A stretch of DNA of 61,055 bases, counting the filler, from Barthelona sp. PAP020 (lineage: Eukaryota), in the NCBI GenBank assembly GCA_040182905.1. It is 4 parts of 4 records of this genome, joined end to end, with 100 filler letters (N's around TTAATTAATTAA, not from the genome) between each part and the next. Parts side by side here need not be neighbours in the genome. Positions count along the whole stretch, not along the records: positions 30,708 to 45,839 come from JARQWU010000288.1; 3 more parts are not named here. One strand, 5' to 3'. The position numbers were made by a program, and so were the translations under genes. Shown here in pieces: positions 31,157 through 42,010 of the stretch. Within the stretch, counting starts at the first letter, position 1. The number at the start of each line of letters is the position of its first letter. The notes under the pieces are model-generated. The model saw nothing but the letters and a program-made list of their open reading frames with translations. It was not told the DNA's origin and made no database searches.

Positions 31157-32491
31157 ATGAAGAGTGCATTGTTTATACTGTTTAGTATATTTTTAACATT
31201 TGTTCAAGTAGAATGTTTTAAAATTGAAGATTATCAAATCCTTCATTTATCTGATCTGCATATTGATCCAATATATGATCCATTATTACCTGCTCAAACA
31301 TGCTATTGTCGACAACCATGTTCTACTCCTCTCACAGAAAGCGAAAAGGCCGATTTTGGGCGAATTGGTTGTAATTTACCAAAAAATACGTTTTTTAACA
31401 CGTTGAGCACATTAAAAAGGAATATTAGTCCTTCTTTAATAATAATTACTGGGGATGTTGCTGCGCATGATTTGGAAATCGAAGATTGCTTGGCTATGCA
31501 TAATTTATTTCAAAAGGAGCTGAATTCTACCTTTCCTGATGTTAATAAATTATTTGTTATTGGTAATAATGATGTTTCACCTGATTATGATATCACTGTT
31601 AGTTGGTTAAAAAATATGAGTGAGGTATATAAAGATTGGTTTAAGACTTCAGAAGAATTCAACAATTTTCGAAAGGGTGGTTATTATACTCGTTATGATG
31701 AGAATGTCAATATTCAATTTTTGATTGTAAATTCGTTGCTGTTTGCTGCAAATAACAAATATGTACCATATGATTCTTTTGGACAATTTGAATTTATTGA
31801 AGAAACTTTGAAAAATGCTGCTAAATTGAACAGAAAAGTGTCTTTTCTCATGCATATTCCTTTTGGTATTGACTATTATAAAGGATCGTTATTATGGAAG
31901 CAAGAAGCCCAAGATCGTTTTTTTAAAATAATTACTAAATATTCTAGCAATATTATTGTTGGATTGGGTGGGCATACACATCATGATGGAATAAAATTTT
32001 CATTTATTGATGATAATCCTTTAAATCCAATGATTTTACCTTTGTTTGTATTGCCTGCATTAAGTCCTGTTTATATCAACAATCCTGCTGTGGGTTTAAT
32101 CAAGGTGAATCCCAATACTGACAGTAGAATCACTGATATTGCTAGGCTAGCAATTCCATTGATCAAAATTGATAGAACAGATACTTTTGAAATGCATAAG
32201 GAATATTCTTTTTGTGAAGCTTATGAATTATGCGATTTTTCAAAACAAGGGCTTAGAAGTTATTTATTTAATCTAGCTGAAGGTTTGGACCCTCCTTTTT
32301 TTGGTTCTTTGATTAATAACGTTGACAATTTTAGTTCAAATCACCCTTATTTAACTTTCTTACATTATTTCTCAGTTGGTCTATTGAAACAAGCAAGACA
32401 TATTTGTGCAATGTCACAAATGCAAAAAGATAATTTCTTCAAGTGTTTGGATAAATATGAATTCCCTGATCAACATGATCCTTTATTATAA
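31157..32491 (+). CDS. Acid sphingomyelinase-like/Ppn1-like metallophosphoesterase
   Basis: Signal peptide; SDLHIDPIY, FGRIGC, TGD, GNND, MHIP, GHTHHD, PALSP..NNPA. Confidence 0.88.
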   Translation: MKSALFILFSIFLTFVQVECFKIEDYQILHLSDLHIDPIYDPLLPAQTCYCRQPCSTPLTESEKADFGRIGCNLPKNTFFNTLSTLKRNISPSLIIITGDVAAHDLEIEDCLAMHNLFQKELNSTFPDVNKLFVIGNNDVSPDYDITVSWLKNMSEVYKDWFKTSEEFNNFRKGGYYTRYDENVNIQFLIVNSLLFAANNKYVPYDSFGQFEFIEETLKNAAKLNRKVSFLMHIPFGIDYYKGSLLWKQEAQDRFFKIITKYSSNIIVGLGGHTHHDGIKFSFIDDNPLNPMILPLFVLPALSPVYINNPAVGLIKVNPNTDSRITDIARLAIPLIKIDRTDTFEMHKEYSFCEAYELCDFSKQGLRSYLFNLAEGLDPPFFGSLINNVDNFSSNHPYLTFLHYFSVGLLKQARHICAMSQMQKDNFFKCLDKYEFPDQHDPLL

Positions 32492-33366
32492 ATAAGAAAA
32501 TTCATCTTTTTCATTTGGCCCAATCGTTTTCTTTAAATTGGTACCTTTGCACCAGGTTGTTCAATCTTTCCATGGGATTCTCCCCTTCTACCACTGCTTC
32601 TTCAGACCAGCGGGAGGCTCTTTTAGGGTCTTGTATCATCAATGCGATGTTTCCCGTTACTTGCCTGCATGTCTCACTCGCAGTATTTTTAATGACTTTG
32701 TCGATATTCATTATGTCAGCTGTTCATTTTCTTTTTTTCTTTTTCTTTTTTCTCTCTTTTCTTGTTCTTTTCTTTCTTGGCTTTGTGAAGATTTTATCGC
32801 TTCTAATATCTGTCGGAAGCGGCGGGCATTCTAGATAAAATACGTAATCTTAGAATGTGGGCTTGCTGTATAGTGCAAAAAATAAAGATTATGCAAATCC
32901 ATTTCACTTTACCACCAAAACGATTTTTTACTGATCACTTCCAATACTGGAAACTTTGTCTTTGTATGTGATTATCTCTCTCTCTCTGTTGCGATAATTA
33001 GGGCGTCTATAAACGTAAATCAAAACTTATTTGATGAGCAAATATTTTTTTTTTTTTACTTCTTTTTTCTTCATTAAACATGACAATTCTGCATTTCTAT
33101 TCAACATCTTTATATTTGTAAAGAATATGGTTCACATTTGAAAGATCTCATTTTCTGATTTTCCCTTTTTGTTTCTTTTTATTTTGCATTATTTATATTT
33201 GATTAATAATTTTTCAACATATTAACATTTATAAACAATTACAAATTTAACAAAGGAAAAAAAGGTTCCCAAAAGTCAATTTGTTTGAAACCTCACTTTT
33301 ACCTCAATATTATTTCCGACCTTTTGGCTTTGAAGTTTTATTTTAAATATGTGACAACAATAACTA

Positions 33367-34209
33367 ATGGGGAATTATTTTTCAATGGAAAGAGAATATT
33401 CAATCACATTTCAATTAATCAGTGATCTACATTTGGAATTTTTTGACAATTTGACACAAGCTATTGAAACTTTACACATTCATTTGGCAGACGAAAATCA
33501 TTCCAAAATTCTCATTGTTTGTGGAGATGTTTGCAGTTTAGAAACTGCGAACAAAACAATTTTTGATGAATTTTTTCATTATATTTCTTCAGAATTCAAG
33601 CAAATCATTTATGTTGCAGGAAATCATGAATATTATGGGTCAAATTTTCGACTTACTTTAAATGAAATAAAAGCTCGTTTATTATCTTATGATAACATTA
33701 AATTTTTGGAAAAAGATTCAATTAAAATAAACAATTTAACAATAGTGGGAACAACTTTATGGTCTTTACCTGATAAACATTGTCTCAAATTTTTCAAATC
33801 ATTTTCAAGTGATTTTAAATGCATAAAGAATCCAAGTGAGGGTATTGTTTCATCTTTAGATTTTATAATTGAACACAAGAAATGTCTGGAATATTTGGAA
33901 AACGTTATGAATAATTTGGAATCTGAAGAAAGGGTTTTAATAGCTTCACATCATGTCCCAGGATTATGTGATGTTATTGATCGTCATGTGAGGAGAAAAG
34001 AATTGGTATCTTTGTATGGCTCTGATTTGAGAGAATTTCTGTGTAGACACAAAAATAAGATTGTATTGTGGTGTTGTGGACATTGTCATCAACAGATTAG
34101 GAAGAAGTTACATGGTGTTAATATTGTTTCTAATCCTTTTGGGTATTTTAATTTGGGCCCTGAGAAGTTTAACCGTAATTTCAATGCTTTAGAAGTGTTT
34201 TCAGTTTAG
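33367..34209 (+). CDS. Calcineurin-like metallophosphoesterase
   Basis: SDLHLEF, GD, GNHEYY, GTTLWS, SHHVP, GHCH, SNPFGY; MGNYFS is a possible myristoylation site. Confidence 0.9.
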   Translation: MGNYFSMEREYSITFQLISDLHLEFFDNLTQAIETLHIHLADENHSKILIVCGDVCSLETANKTIFDEFFHYISSEFKQIIYVAGNHEYYGSNFRLTLNEIKARLLSYDNIKFLEKDSIKINNLTIVGTTLWSLPDKHCLKFFKSFSSDFKCIKNPSEGIVSSLDFIIEHKKCLEYLENVMNNLESEERVLIASHHVPGLCDVIDRHVRRKELVSLYGSDLREFLCRHKNKIVLWCCGHCHQQIRKKLHGVNIVSNPFGYFNLGPEKFNRNFNALEVFSV

Positions 34210-34518
34210 TGTATATTTGTTCTGACATATGGTATGATTTGGATGTTTTATCATTGCACATTTTGTCAAGTACTTGTGATTACATAGTCAATTTTTCTTG
34301 AATAAACTCATTTTTATTTTTTCTTTAATGAAGATGAAGAGCTTTTCAGTATTTTGTATATTTTTGGTTCTTTCAGAAGTCCAAAATTCACAAAAAGAAT
34401 GGACAAAAATATTTGAAACACTAAAGAAGTTCATACAAGAGATTTGGAAGATTTTTTTCCAAAAATGCAAGTAAACAAATAACTTCCACAAAAAAGTGAG
34501 CCTAAATCCCCGTCTCAT

Positions 34519-34893
34519 TCATATTTTCCAACAAATCACGAATAAAATTGTGGCAAACAGAATGACAACAAGCGCCCAATGAACAACTTTGTTTGTCATC
34601 ACATAACACCACACAATTTGCATAGTTCCTTCCCATCTAGAAGCTTTATTAAGCTCTGCTTTGGTCAAAATTGTATTCTCTGTTTTTTTAGCATTCTCTT
34701 CAATGACACAATCAATTGAATGATCTGTATTTTCGGGACAATAATCTATTGATTTTAAACTAAATTTAATATCTGTGTTGATGCATGGTTGTTCTCCCAC
34801 AGTTTGTGTTAATTTGAGAGATTTTTTTTTTTTTGACGTTCCAAACAAATTATAATCAGAGTTTTCTTGATTTTTTTTGTCCCTTTCGTACAT
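34519..34893 (-). CDS. Small tail-anchored hypothetical protein
   Basis: ATG at 34893; a single C-terminal hydrophobic segment. Confidence 0.5.
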   Translation of the reverse strand: MYERDKKNQENSDYNLFGTSKKKKSLKLTQTVGEQPCINTDIKFSLKSIDYCPENTDHSIDCVIEENAKKTENTILTKAELNKASRWEGTMQIVWCYVMTNKVVHWALVVILFATILFVICWKI

Positions 34894-35583
34894 TTGCAAA
34901 ACTTGTGTCAATAAAATAAACTGCAAAGTTGGGCAACATGCACTCAAAATTTTGAAGGGAGACACCTTTTTCCCCTGTTTCCCTTTTCACATAAATTATC
35001 AATCTTGTGTATTTACAATAACTTGAATGTATTTTTTAATGATTGGGACAAATAAATATTCAAATAAAGGAATTTCTTGATTCTTTCAAAATTTTCGCCG
35101 AAGACAATTCTAAATGCTGTAATATACCAAAAATACAAAAAAAGAACAAAAAAATACAATAATATTTGACCCCGTCAAAAATGTTTTCATTTACACAGAT
35201 AGACACCTAGATCATCAGAAGGGGAAAGATAATCACATATATTGACAATCTTTCCATTTACGGAAGTGGTTGAAAATTATGGTTTTGGCTAAGATATGAA
35301 AACGAAATTCTGCAAGTTTGCGTTTTTTAAAGAAGGCTCCCCTTCGACATCAATTGCACTCAAAACAATATCGACCGTCCAATAAAATCGCAAGCTCAAA
35401 GAAACAAAGTCTATAAAGGAAAAACTTAAATGAAAAATGCCACTTTTTTACATATTCTTAACGGAATCAAAGTCATTTTTGATAAGGAAAGAAAACAAGA
35501 AATTATTCACAATTTAAAAATGTATATATGCATGAAAACATAAAATTAGATACTTAAAAATACAAATTTATCCGACAATAAAT

Positions 35584-36540
35584 CTAAGAAATAGGATCAA
35601 TTGGATAAACTCTGATTGAACCACTATCACATCTACCACAAGCTAAAAAATTTCTGTCGGAAGATAAAGCAAAAGAAAAATTCTCACTATCACAACCACA
35701 AAATATGCGCTGAAAACATTGATAGTCTGTCAAATTGTACAATGAAAGAAATCCATCACCAGACATTACTACCAATATATTATATGTGAGAAAGTGTAAA
35801 GCGTAAATGTTTCCACTAAATTCAAAAGTGTGAAGTAATTTTCCATCAAAATTCCATATTTTTGCTTTGCCTTTTAAATCACCTGTCGCAAAAATATTCT
35901 CAGATGGACTGAAGCAAACAGCCACGACATGACCCCCAATATTAAACTTGCGAATTATTGAAAAATTATTGGTTGTCAACAGGGTGGCTGCTGTATCTTC
36001 GCTTCCAGCCAACAAATATTCTCCATTAATGGATGTCTTTAATTGTTCAATATACCCTAAATTCGCTAAACGTTCAAAAATAATGCTGTTGCTTTTGATA
36101 TGAAATTTTTTGATATAAAAATTTGCATCGTAAAAGTAAACATAATGGGAACAACCTGAAAATGATGCTGCAGTAATCCAATGATTATTAAAATATCTGT
36201 TTAATATGGAAAAAGAGTTTCCAACTTCATAAACAATTATAGAATTATCAAATGAAAATGTAACCATAAAATTGCTATCAGGAGAAAACACAACACCATT
36301 GATATCATCTGTATGATCCTTTAACGTTCGATTGTACACATTAGTTTGTGCATCAAAAATTAAAATCGATCCAAACATGCTAGCGACAGCTAAATATTTA
36401 CCATCAGGTGAATAGTCACATCCAACAACCTGACTATCAAGTAACCCTTCAAAAATACAAAAATTATCTTCATTAAGATGCATTAATTTCCTTTCAGAAC
36501 TGATTGTTTCTCTTAAATCATTATTATTTTCAAACATATT
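35584..36540 (-). CDS. WD40 repeat protein
   Basis: YSPDGKYLA, HTDDINGVVFSPD and AKIWN repeats. Confidence 0.88.
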   Translation of the reverse strand, partial: NMFENNNDLRETISSERKLMHLNEDNFCIFEGLLDSQVVGCDYSPDGKYLAVASMFGSILIFDAQTNVYNRTLKDHTDDINGVVFSPDSNFMVTFSFDNSIIVYEVGNSFSILNRYFNNHWITAASFSGCSHYVYFYDANFYIKKFHIKSNSIIFERLANLGYIEQLKTSINGEYLLAGSEDTAATLLTTNNFSIIRKFNIGGHVVAVCFSPSENIFATGDLKGKAKIWNFDGKLLHTFEFSGNIYALHFLTYNILVVMSGDGFLSLYNLTDYQCFQRIFCGCDSENFSFALSSDRNFLACGRCDSGSIRVYPIDPIS

Positions 36541-36762
36541 CTGAATCAATTATTCAAGAATTAAAAAACTCAAAAAACAAACCAAAATAAAAAACAAAAC
36601 TGTATAAATTTAAAAGAATGCAAACACAGCAACCGGAGAATTGAAACATTCTGATTATACGTGACATTATTGTTATTATAAAAATTGGGAAAAAAAAAAA
36701 GGAATCGATTTTCTATTTATAATAACAAAACTAAACAACACTTCAATACATCAATGAAACAA

Positions 36763-39657
36763 TTATTCTGATAAATCCAAATAATTGCTGTCTTCCACGT
36801 TACTATTATTATAATTCAAATTGGAATTGATTGAATCCGGATTCTGATTTTGAATCACTTCTAATAGAGTTAAAATTAAACAAATAAATGAATTTAATAT
36901 TGATTGGAACAATTCAAAACTTTCCAATGTATTCAAAGATCTAGAACTGTTATCTAATTGTTTCAAAGCTACACTCACTTCTTCCATCATCTTTAACAAT
37001 TCATTTGATGGAAGAATAAGTGCTTGTAAGTCTTCTTGACTAAATTGAAGGTTATTTGGCAAATTGTCAAATATTTCAACTGTATTCACTTCTTTCAATT
37101 TTACAGATACAATATACTGTTCTAAATTCAAAAGATTTGAAGCTATTATTGACCCTAAAATATTCAAATGCTTACTTATTGAATTCATTGAATCTTTTTG
37201 CTGTTCTGTGAAAGAATGTTTTTGAGAAATATATTTTTCTTTAAGGTTTTCCAATTCGTCATTAATGTTTTTCAATTCCATTGCTTGAGATTTGATACGA
37301 TTTTTCAATTTAGCATTTTCTTCAGTTGTTGCCACATCAAGGATAATTTCATTCTTTTGATCACGTAAACGCTTTAACAAATTCTTTATCTCTACACTTT
37401 TATTGTTGATTTGCTTCCTGTAATCACGAATAAGAATTTCATCTTTTCCAATTTGTTCGTTCATCAATCGCATATCTTCATGACACTTCTTGTTCAATTC
37501 ACTTAATTTTTTATTCTTTCCTTCAAACTTTTTCAAACTTTCATTCCTTTCTTGAATCATCAAATTTAATTTATTGATATCACTGGAGTAATTTTCCTTC
37601 AATTGTTGAATTTCAATGGAATTCTTTTGAATCATATCTTCAATCTCATGAAAATGAGATTGATTCAATTCAATAATCTCTTGATTTTTTTCTTCAATCA
37701 ATATTCTTTTTTTCTCTTCAAAATCATCAAATATTTTTCTTTCTTTTTCCAGATATTTTTCTTCATAAATACTCTTCAAGGTTTCAATCTCTTTGGTCAA
37801 ACTATTCTTAGAAAGCTCAATTCTTTCTTCATAATTGAAAATCAATTCATTAATTTTTTTTGCCTGCATTTGTTTTAAATTTGTAATTTGCACTTCAGTC
37901 AGTTTTTTTCGATTTTCCATTTCTTTTTCCAAACCTTCAATAGTTAGATCCTTCCCATCCAATTGATTTTTTAAACTTAAAATTTGTAAATTTTCATTTT
38001 TCAAATTTTCAATTTCAGTTTCTTTCAACCCAAGAAGTTCATCTAACTCCTTAATCTTCAAATCTTTTTCATTCAAATCTTCGATATATTGTTTTATTAA
38101 CAAGCTATTGCTATTCTTTGAAGTGATTAACTCATTGTTCATTGAAGAATATTCTTTCAATTGATCCGTCAATTGTTTTTCCAATCGATTACAATTGATT
38201 CGTAAGTCTTCAAGATGTTCACGTTCCTTTCCAAACATTTCTTTTTCTTTCAAAAGATACATCAAAACAGATTTATTTTGGTCATCAAGATTCTTTTTGA
38301 CCTTTGGATTTGTCAATAATGCTATCAATGATTTTTCACTGATGTTTTGACTCAATTGAAATCTTAAACGTTCAATTAATTGTTGTTGAATCACCTCAAT
38401 GGTTACATTTTTGCTAGTCTTTTCACGGATTTCAACTAATCGTTGATAGATGTTTTGTTGATCTTTTGTCATGTTCATATTTGTTTGTAAAAACATATTT
38501 TCCAAAAGCAAACAATTATTATCTGCTAAATAGTTCATCAATTGATTATCCATCGTAACAAATAAACTCATAACCGTTCCCACATATGTTAGATGTTGTA
38601 AAGTCTTATCTTCATACATCAATTGCTCATTTTCAAATGTTTTCAGTAAATCCCTTTGCTTTTGCAATAATTTCACAAAATCTCCTTTGCTTTTAGTCAA
38701 TGTATCATCTAACAATTGAATTCTCCTTTGCTTTGAAGCAAGTTCAAGTTCATACGCATAGTTTACTTCTTTCACTTCAGCTATCAAAAGATTTAAATCT
38801 TCTTTTGCTTCTGTTAACTCTAATATCATTTTAGCTTGATGTTCACCCTCAGTCTTAGTTTTTTCAAAGCATTTTTGCAAATCACCGAAATTCTTTTGTT
38901 CAATCATAATTCTTTGCTGTAAATCAATGATTTGATGTGATAACACATTGTTCTCACTTTCTAATACTCTAACACGTGATTCTAATACAAGAAGTGTTTT
39001 ATCAGATTCTTCTTCAAATAAATCTTTGGAAATATTGTTCACTTTTTCTTTTTTTATCAAATCAAAGTTCTGAAATTTCAATTTTTCATTTTCCTTTTTC
39101 AAAGCTTCTATTTGATTCAACAAATAATTATTCTCTTCTACTACACTGTTAATACGATTATTAAATACATTCTTTAATTCATTTGTTTCATCTCCTAAAC
39201 TTTTTTGAAGAATTTTGAAATTCTTTTCTCTTTCTTTTTGTATTTCCACATTTGTTTCATATTCTTTTATGATATGCTTTAAATTGATCAGTTCATTCAA
39301 AGGAATCTTTCCTATGTCATAAAGATTCTTTTTTAATTCTTCATTTGCATTCGTTAACAATAAAATATCTGATTCATAATTTTCTATTGGTAATTGTGTG
39401 TTTAATTGATTCTCTAACGTTTGAATTTTCATTGATTGAATTTCAACAGTTTGACTTAATGTTTTATTTGACATAACATAACTATTTAACTTTGCTTCAT
39501 ATTCAAGTGCTGCGTCTTGAGCTGTTTGATCCAACTCTTGCATTTCAACAATAACATTCTTTAATTCTTCAACTTCATCTTTTAATTTTTCTATCTCTGT
39601 ATCTTTTAATCGTAATAATTCTAATGCTGTGTTCTGTATATCAAAATCAATAGACAT
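36763..39657 (-). CDS. Long coiled-coil protein
   Basis: About 960 aa of E/K/L/N-rich heptads; ATG at 39657 or 39705. Confidence 0.8.
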   Translation of the reverse strand: MSIDFDIQNTALELLRLKDTEIEKLKDEVEELKNVIVEMQELDQTAQDAALEYEAKLNSYVMSNKTLSQTVEIQSMKIQTLENQLNTQLPIENYESDILLLTNANEELKKNLYDIGKIPLNELINLKHIIKEYETNVEIQKEREKNFKILQKSLGDETNELKNVFNNRINSVVEENNYLLNQIEALKKENEKLKFQNFDLIKKEKVNNISKDLFEEESDKTLLVLESRVRVLESENNVLSHQIIDLQQRIMIEQKNFGDLQKCFEKTKTEGEHQAKMILELTEAKEDLNLLIAEVKEVNYAYELELASKQRRIQLLDDTLTKSKGDFVKLLQKQRDLLKTFENEQLMYEDKTLQHLTYVGTVMSLFVTMDNQLMNYLADNNCLLLENMFLQTNMNMTKDQQNIYQRLVEIREKTSKNVTIEVIQQQLIERLRFQLSQNISEKSLIALLTNPKVKKNLDDQNKSVLMYLLKEKEMFGKEREHLEDLRINCNRLEKQLTDQLKEYSSMNNELITSKNSNSLLIKQYIEDLNEKDLKIKELDELLGLKETEIENLKNENLQILSLKNQLDGKDLTIEGLEKEMENRKKLTEVQITNLKQMQAKKINELIFNYEERIELSKNSLTKEIETLKSIYEEKYLEKERKIFDDFEEKKRILIEEKNQEIIELNQSHFHEIEDMIQKNSIEIQQLKENYSSDINKLNLMIQERNESLKKFEGKNKKLSELNKKCHEDMRLMNEQIGKDEILIRDYRKQINNKSVEIKNLLKRLRDQKNEIILDVATTEENAKLKNRIKSQAMELKNINDELENLKEKYISQKHSFTEQQKDSMNSISKHLNILGSIIASNLLNLEQYIVSVKLKEVNTVEIFDNLPNNLQFSQEDLQALILPSNELLKMMEEVSVALKQLDNSSRSLNTLESFELFQSILNSFICLILTLLEVIQNQNPDSINSNLNYNNSNVEDSNYLDLSE

Positions 39658-40342
39658 TTCAATCAATAAAAATTTTGATTTTATTGTTTTTCGCTCATTT
39701 ATCATTCTTCATTTCAACGAATCAATAGCCATCAACAAAGATTTTTTTATATTAAATGATAGTTTAATTATGTTCAATCCTTGTTTTGGTACATCTTTAC
39801 ATATACAAACAACAAATGTTGTTTTTCATAAACTTGTTCATTTTTTCTGAAATATTTATAATTTCCTTTGTATAACTTTTTTCAAAGTGTAAAACCAATT
39901 ATTGAAAGAATATTTAAAAGTGAAACAAAATTTCTCAAAAAGAATGAAATTTTCAGCAAAAGTTTTTTCTTTTGATACACCATAAATAAAATTTTGCATA
40001 ATTCCTTTTAGAATAACAGTTAAAACAATGTTCAAAAAACAAATAATCCTGTTAAAAAGTCTTTCATGTCTTATTAAACATTAAAGATCAATAGAAATTC
40101 ACAATAAATGGGTAGGCAATAAATTTATCAAGAAACAACCACCCGATAGATAGTGTTGAATTATTTTTAAATGTGATTTGAAATCCATTTTTCAAAAATT
40201 TGTAAATAAAAAAGAAAACTGCCAAATATAGACAAACAACACTGAGAAAAAACAATATTCAATGTGAAAGAATTTTTTAAAAAGCAAAAAATGCAGCCAT
40301 CAAAAATAGAAAACAGTTTTTTAGTCTGTGAAAATTGAAATA

Positions 40343-41029
40343 ATGTCAATGGAAGAATATATTGGGACACGTGTGTCCATATTTTCGAATGTAATGAATT
40401 TTATGTAAGAATATAATGAACTAACTTGAAAGAGAAATGCAAGATATGAAGGAATATTATCCGGTTATAATGTAGAAAATCAAATCGTTATATTAAAAAA
40501 TGTAACATTTTTTGGTACTGAAGACAGAACAGTTGATTCACCCATTCCTGGAAAACCTGATCAATTGTATCCATTTGTTCAGTTTAAAGCTGAACATATA
40601 AAACAAATAATGGTTTTTGTTGAAGAAGATAATAGCAAAGAAGACCTGTATGAAGACCCTATTATTGCAAATGAATTGCCTGAACCAATAAAGAAAAGGA
40701 AATCACCAAAACAAGAAACTCATCAACAACAAAAACCACACAAAAACAAAAATTTCCGTAAAGAAAGAAATCAACAAAATGGTTCAATCATCGCTGAAAT
40801 TGAAGACTCAGATTATAATTTAGATGAAACAAATAAAACAGAAATGTTTGATGCTTTGGATAAAAATTTACAAGCCAACATCAATTCCATTGAGCCAGTT
40901 TTTAATAGGAATAATTTCTTCGATGCAGTGGAACCAGATGAAGCCAAAGCAAAACCTAAAAGAGATAAAACCAAAAAAAGGAACAATAATAGGAATAGAG
41001 ATACCAAATGGAAATCAAACTTTTCCTAG
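40343..41029 (+). CDS. LSM14: LSM14/Scd6 (exons 40343-40390 and 40433-41029)
   Basis: The spliced product YIGTRVSIFSNRNARYEGIL...FGTEDR restores the Lsm14 domain spacing; DYNLDETN (FDF-like) and NFFD boxes. Confidence 0.9.
40391..40432 (+). other. Spliceosomal intron, 42 nt
   Basis: GTAATG...AACTAAC-TTGAAAG; contains an in-frame TAA; removal restores the conserved protein spacing. Confidence 0.9.
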
Positions 41030-41182
41030 TTTATATATTCCTTTTTTTTTTTAGTAAACATATATTAATTATTATTGTTATATATAAGGATTTATCAACC
41101 GAAGTAATGTTAAAATTGAATAATTTGGGAAAATTAAAATGATTCTCAATAATGTTCAAAATGATATTTGTTTTTTAAAAAG

Positions 41183-41716
41183 ATGAAAATACATACCGAA
41201 TTAGTTATAATTTTGTTAATATTTATATTTGAAACAGTAATAGCAAAAGATACTGATATATGCAATTGTTTGATTCCACATTTCAATAATCCACAATTAT
41301 TGAATATAGATCTGTATCAAAATAACACAATTAGTAGGGTGTGTAATTGTAGTTTTAATAATGTTTGGTTTTTTCAACATTTTGCTTTAAGATTGGAAGT
41401 TTTATCTTCCGAAAAAAATTCAGAGCCTGAAGAATTTGCTGAAACGTTAACTTGTTATTCAAAATCTTATAGCCATTCAAAAAAGCTTGTTCTTGGAGAG
41501 AATTATTGTGATGTTGGAGAGCTTGCTCAAATTAATATAAAAACTACAACAAATACAGAACATTTGCAAATTATAGGCAGTTCACGATATAGAGTTTCAA
41601 CTCAATATATCATTGTTTTTTTTGTTATAATTTCTGTTGTTTTGTTTGTTTTTTATCGTTTGTTTACAAAGTTTTGCAAAAGGAAAAGACATAATTTTGA
41701 TTATGTTTCAATATAA
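41183..41716 (+). CDS. Type I membrane hypothetical protein
   Basis: Signal peptide, Cys-containing ectodomain, TM followed by KRKR, YVSI tail. Confidence 0.7.
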   Translation: MKIHTELVIILLIFIFETVIAKDTDICNCLIPHFNNPQLLNIDLYQNNTISRVCNCSFNNVWFFQHFALRLEVLSSEKNSEPEEFAETLTCYSKSYSHSKKLVLGENYCDVGELAQINIKTTTNTEHLQIIGSSRYRVSTQYIIVFFVIISVVLFVFYRLFTKFCKRKRHNFDYVSI

Positions 41717-42010
41717 AAGCTGCTGTAGATTATTGTTGTTCAAACAGTATAATCTTTTTTTATTTTTTACTTAAAGTTAACTTTGTCTCAAAGGAAAACA
41801 TCAAGAAAGCATAAAGCCCGGATAGTTGAAAGAGATCAGAGAAGAAACACTCAAATCAAATTCAAATTGAAAAACTGATTGTATACTGACTTATCCACTG
41901 AAAATTCTAGGCTTAAAGTTCTGTGGAAAAAGAAAATGTAAATTTTTACTCAAATAAATCTAATACAAACAAAAATTAAACGAATTACAAATTACCCTAT
42001 AAAAACACTG

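Noticed and set aside
35283..35295. TTTTGGCTAAGAT matching the U2 snRNA 5' region
   Set aside because: No GTAGTA branch-pairing sequence or stem I partner
41816..41850. GCCCGGATAG (tRNA-Lys-like start) and CAGAGAAGA (U6-like)
   Set aside because: No cloverleaf or T arm; no ACAGAGA box with the AGC triad and ISL
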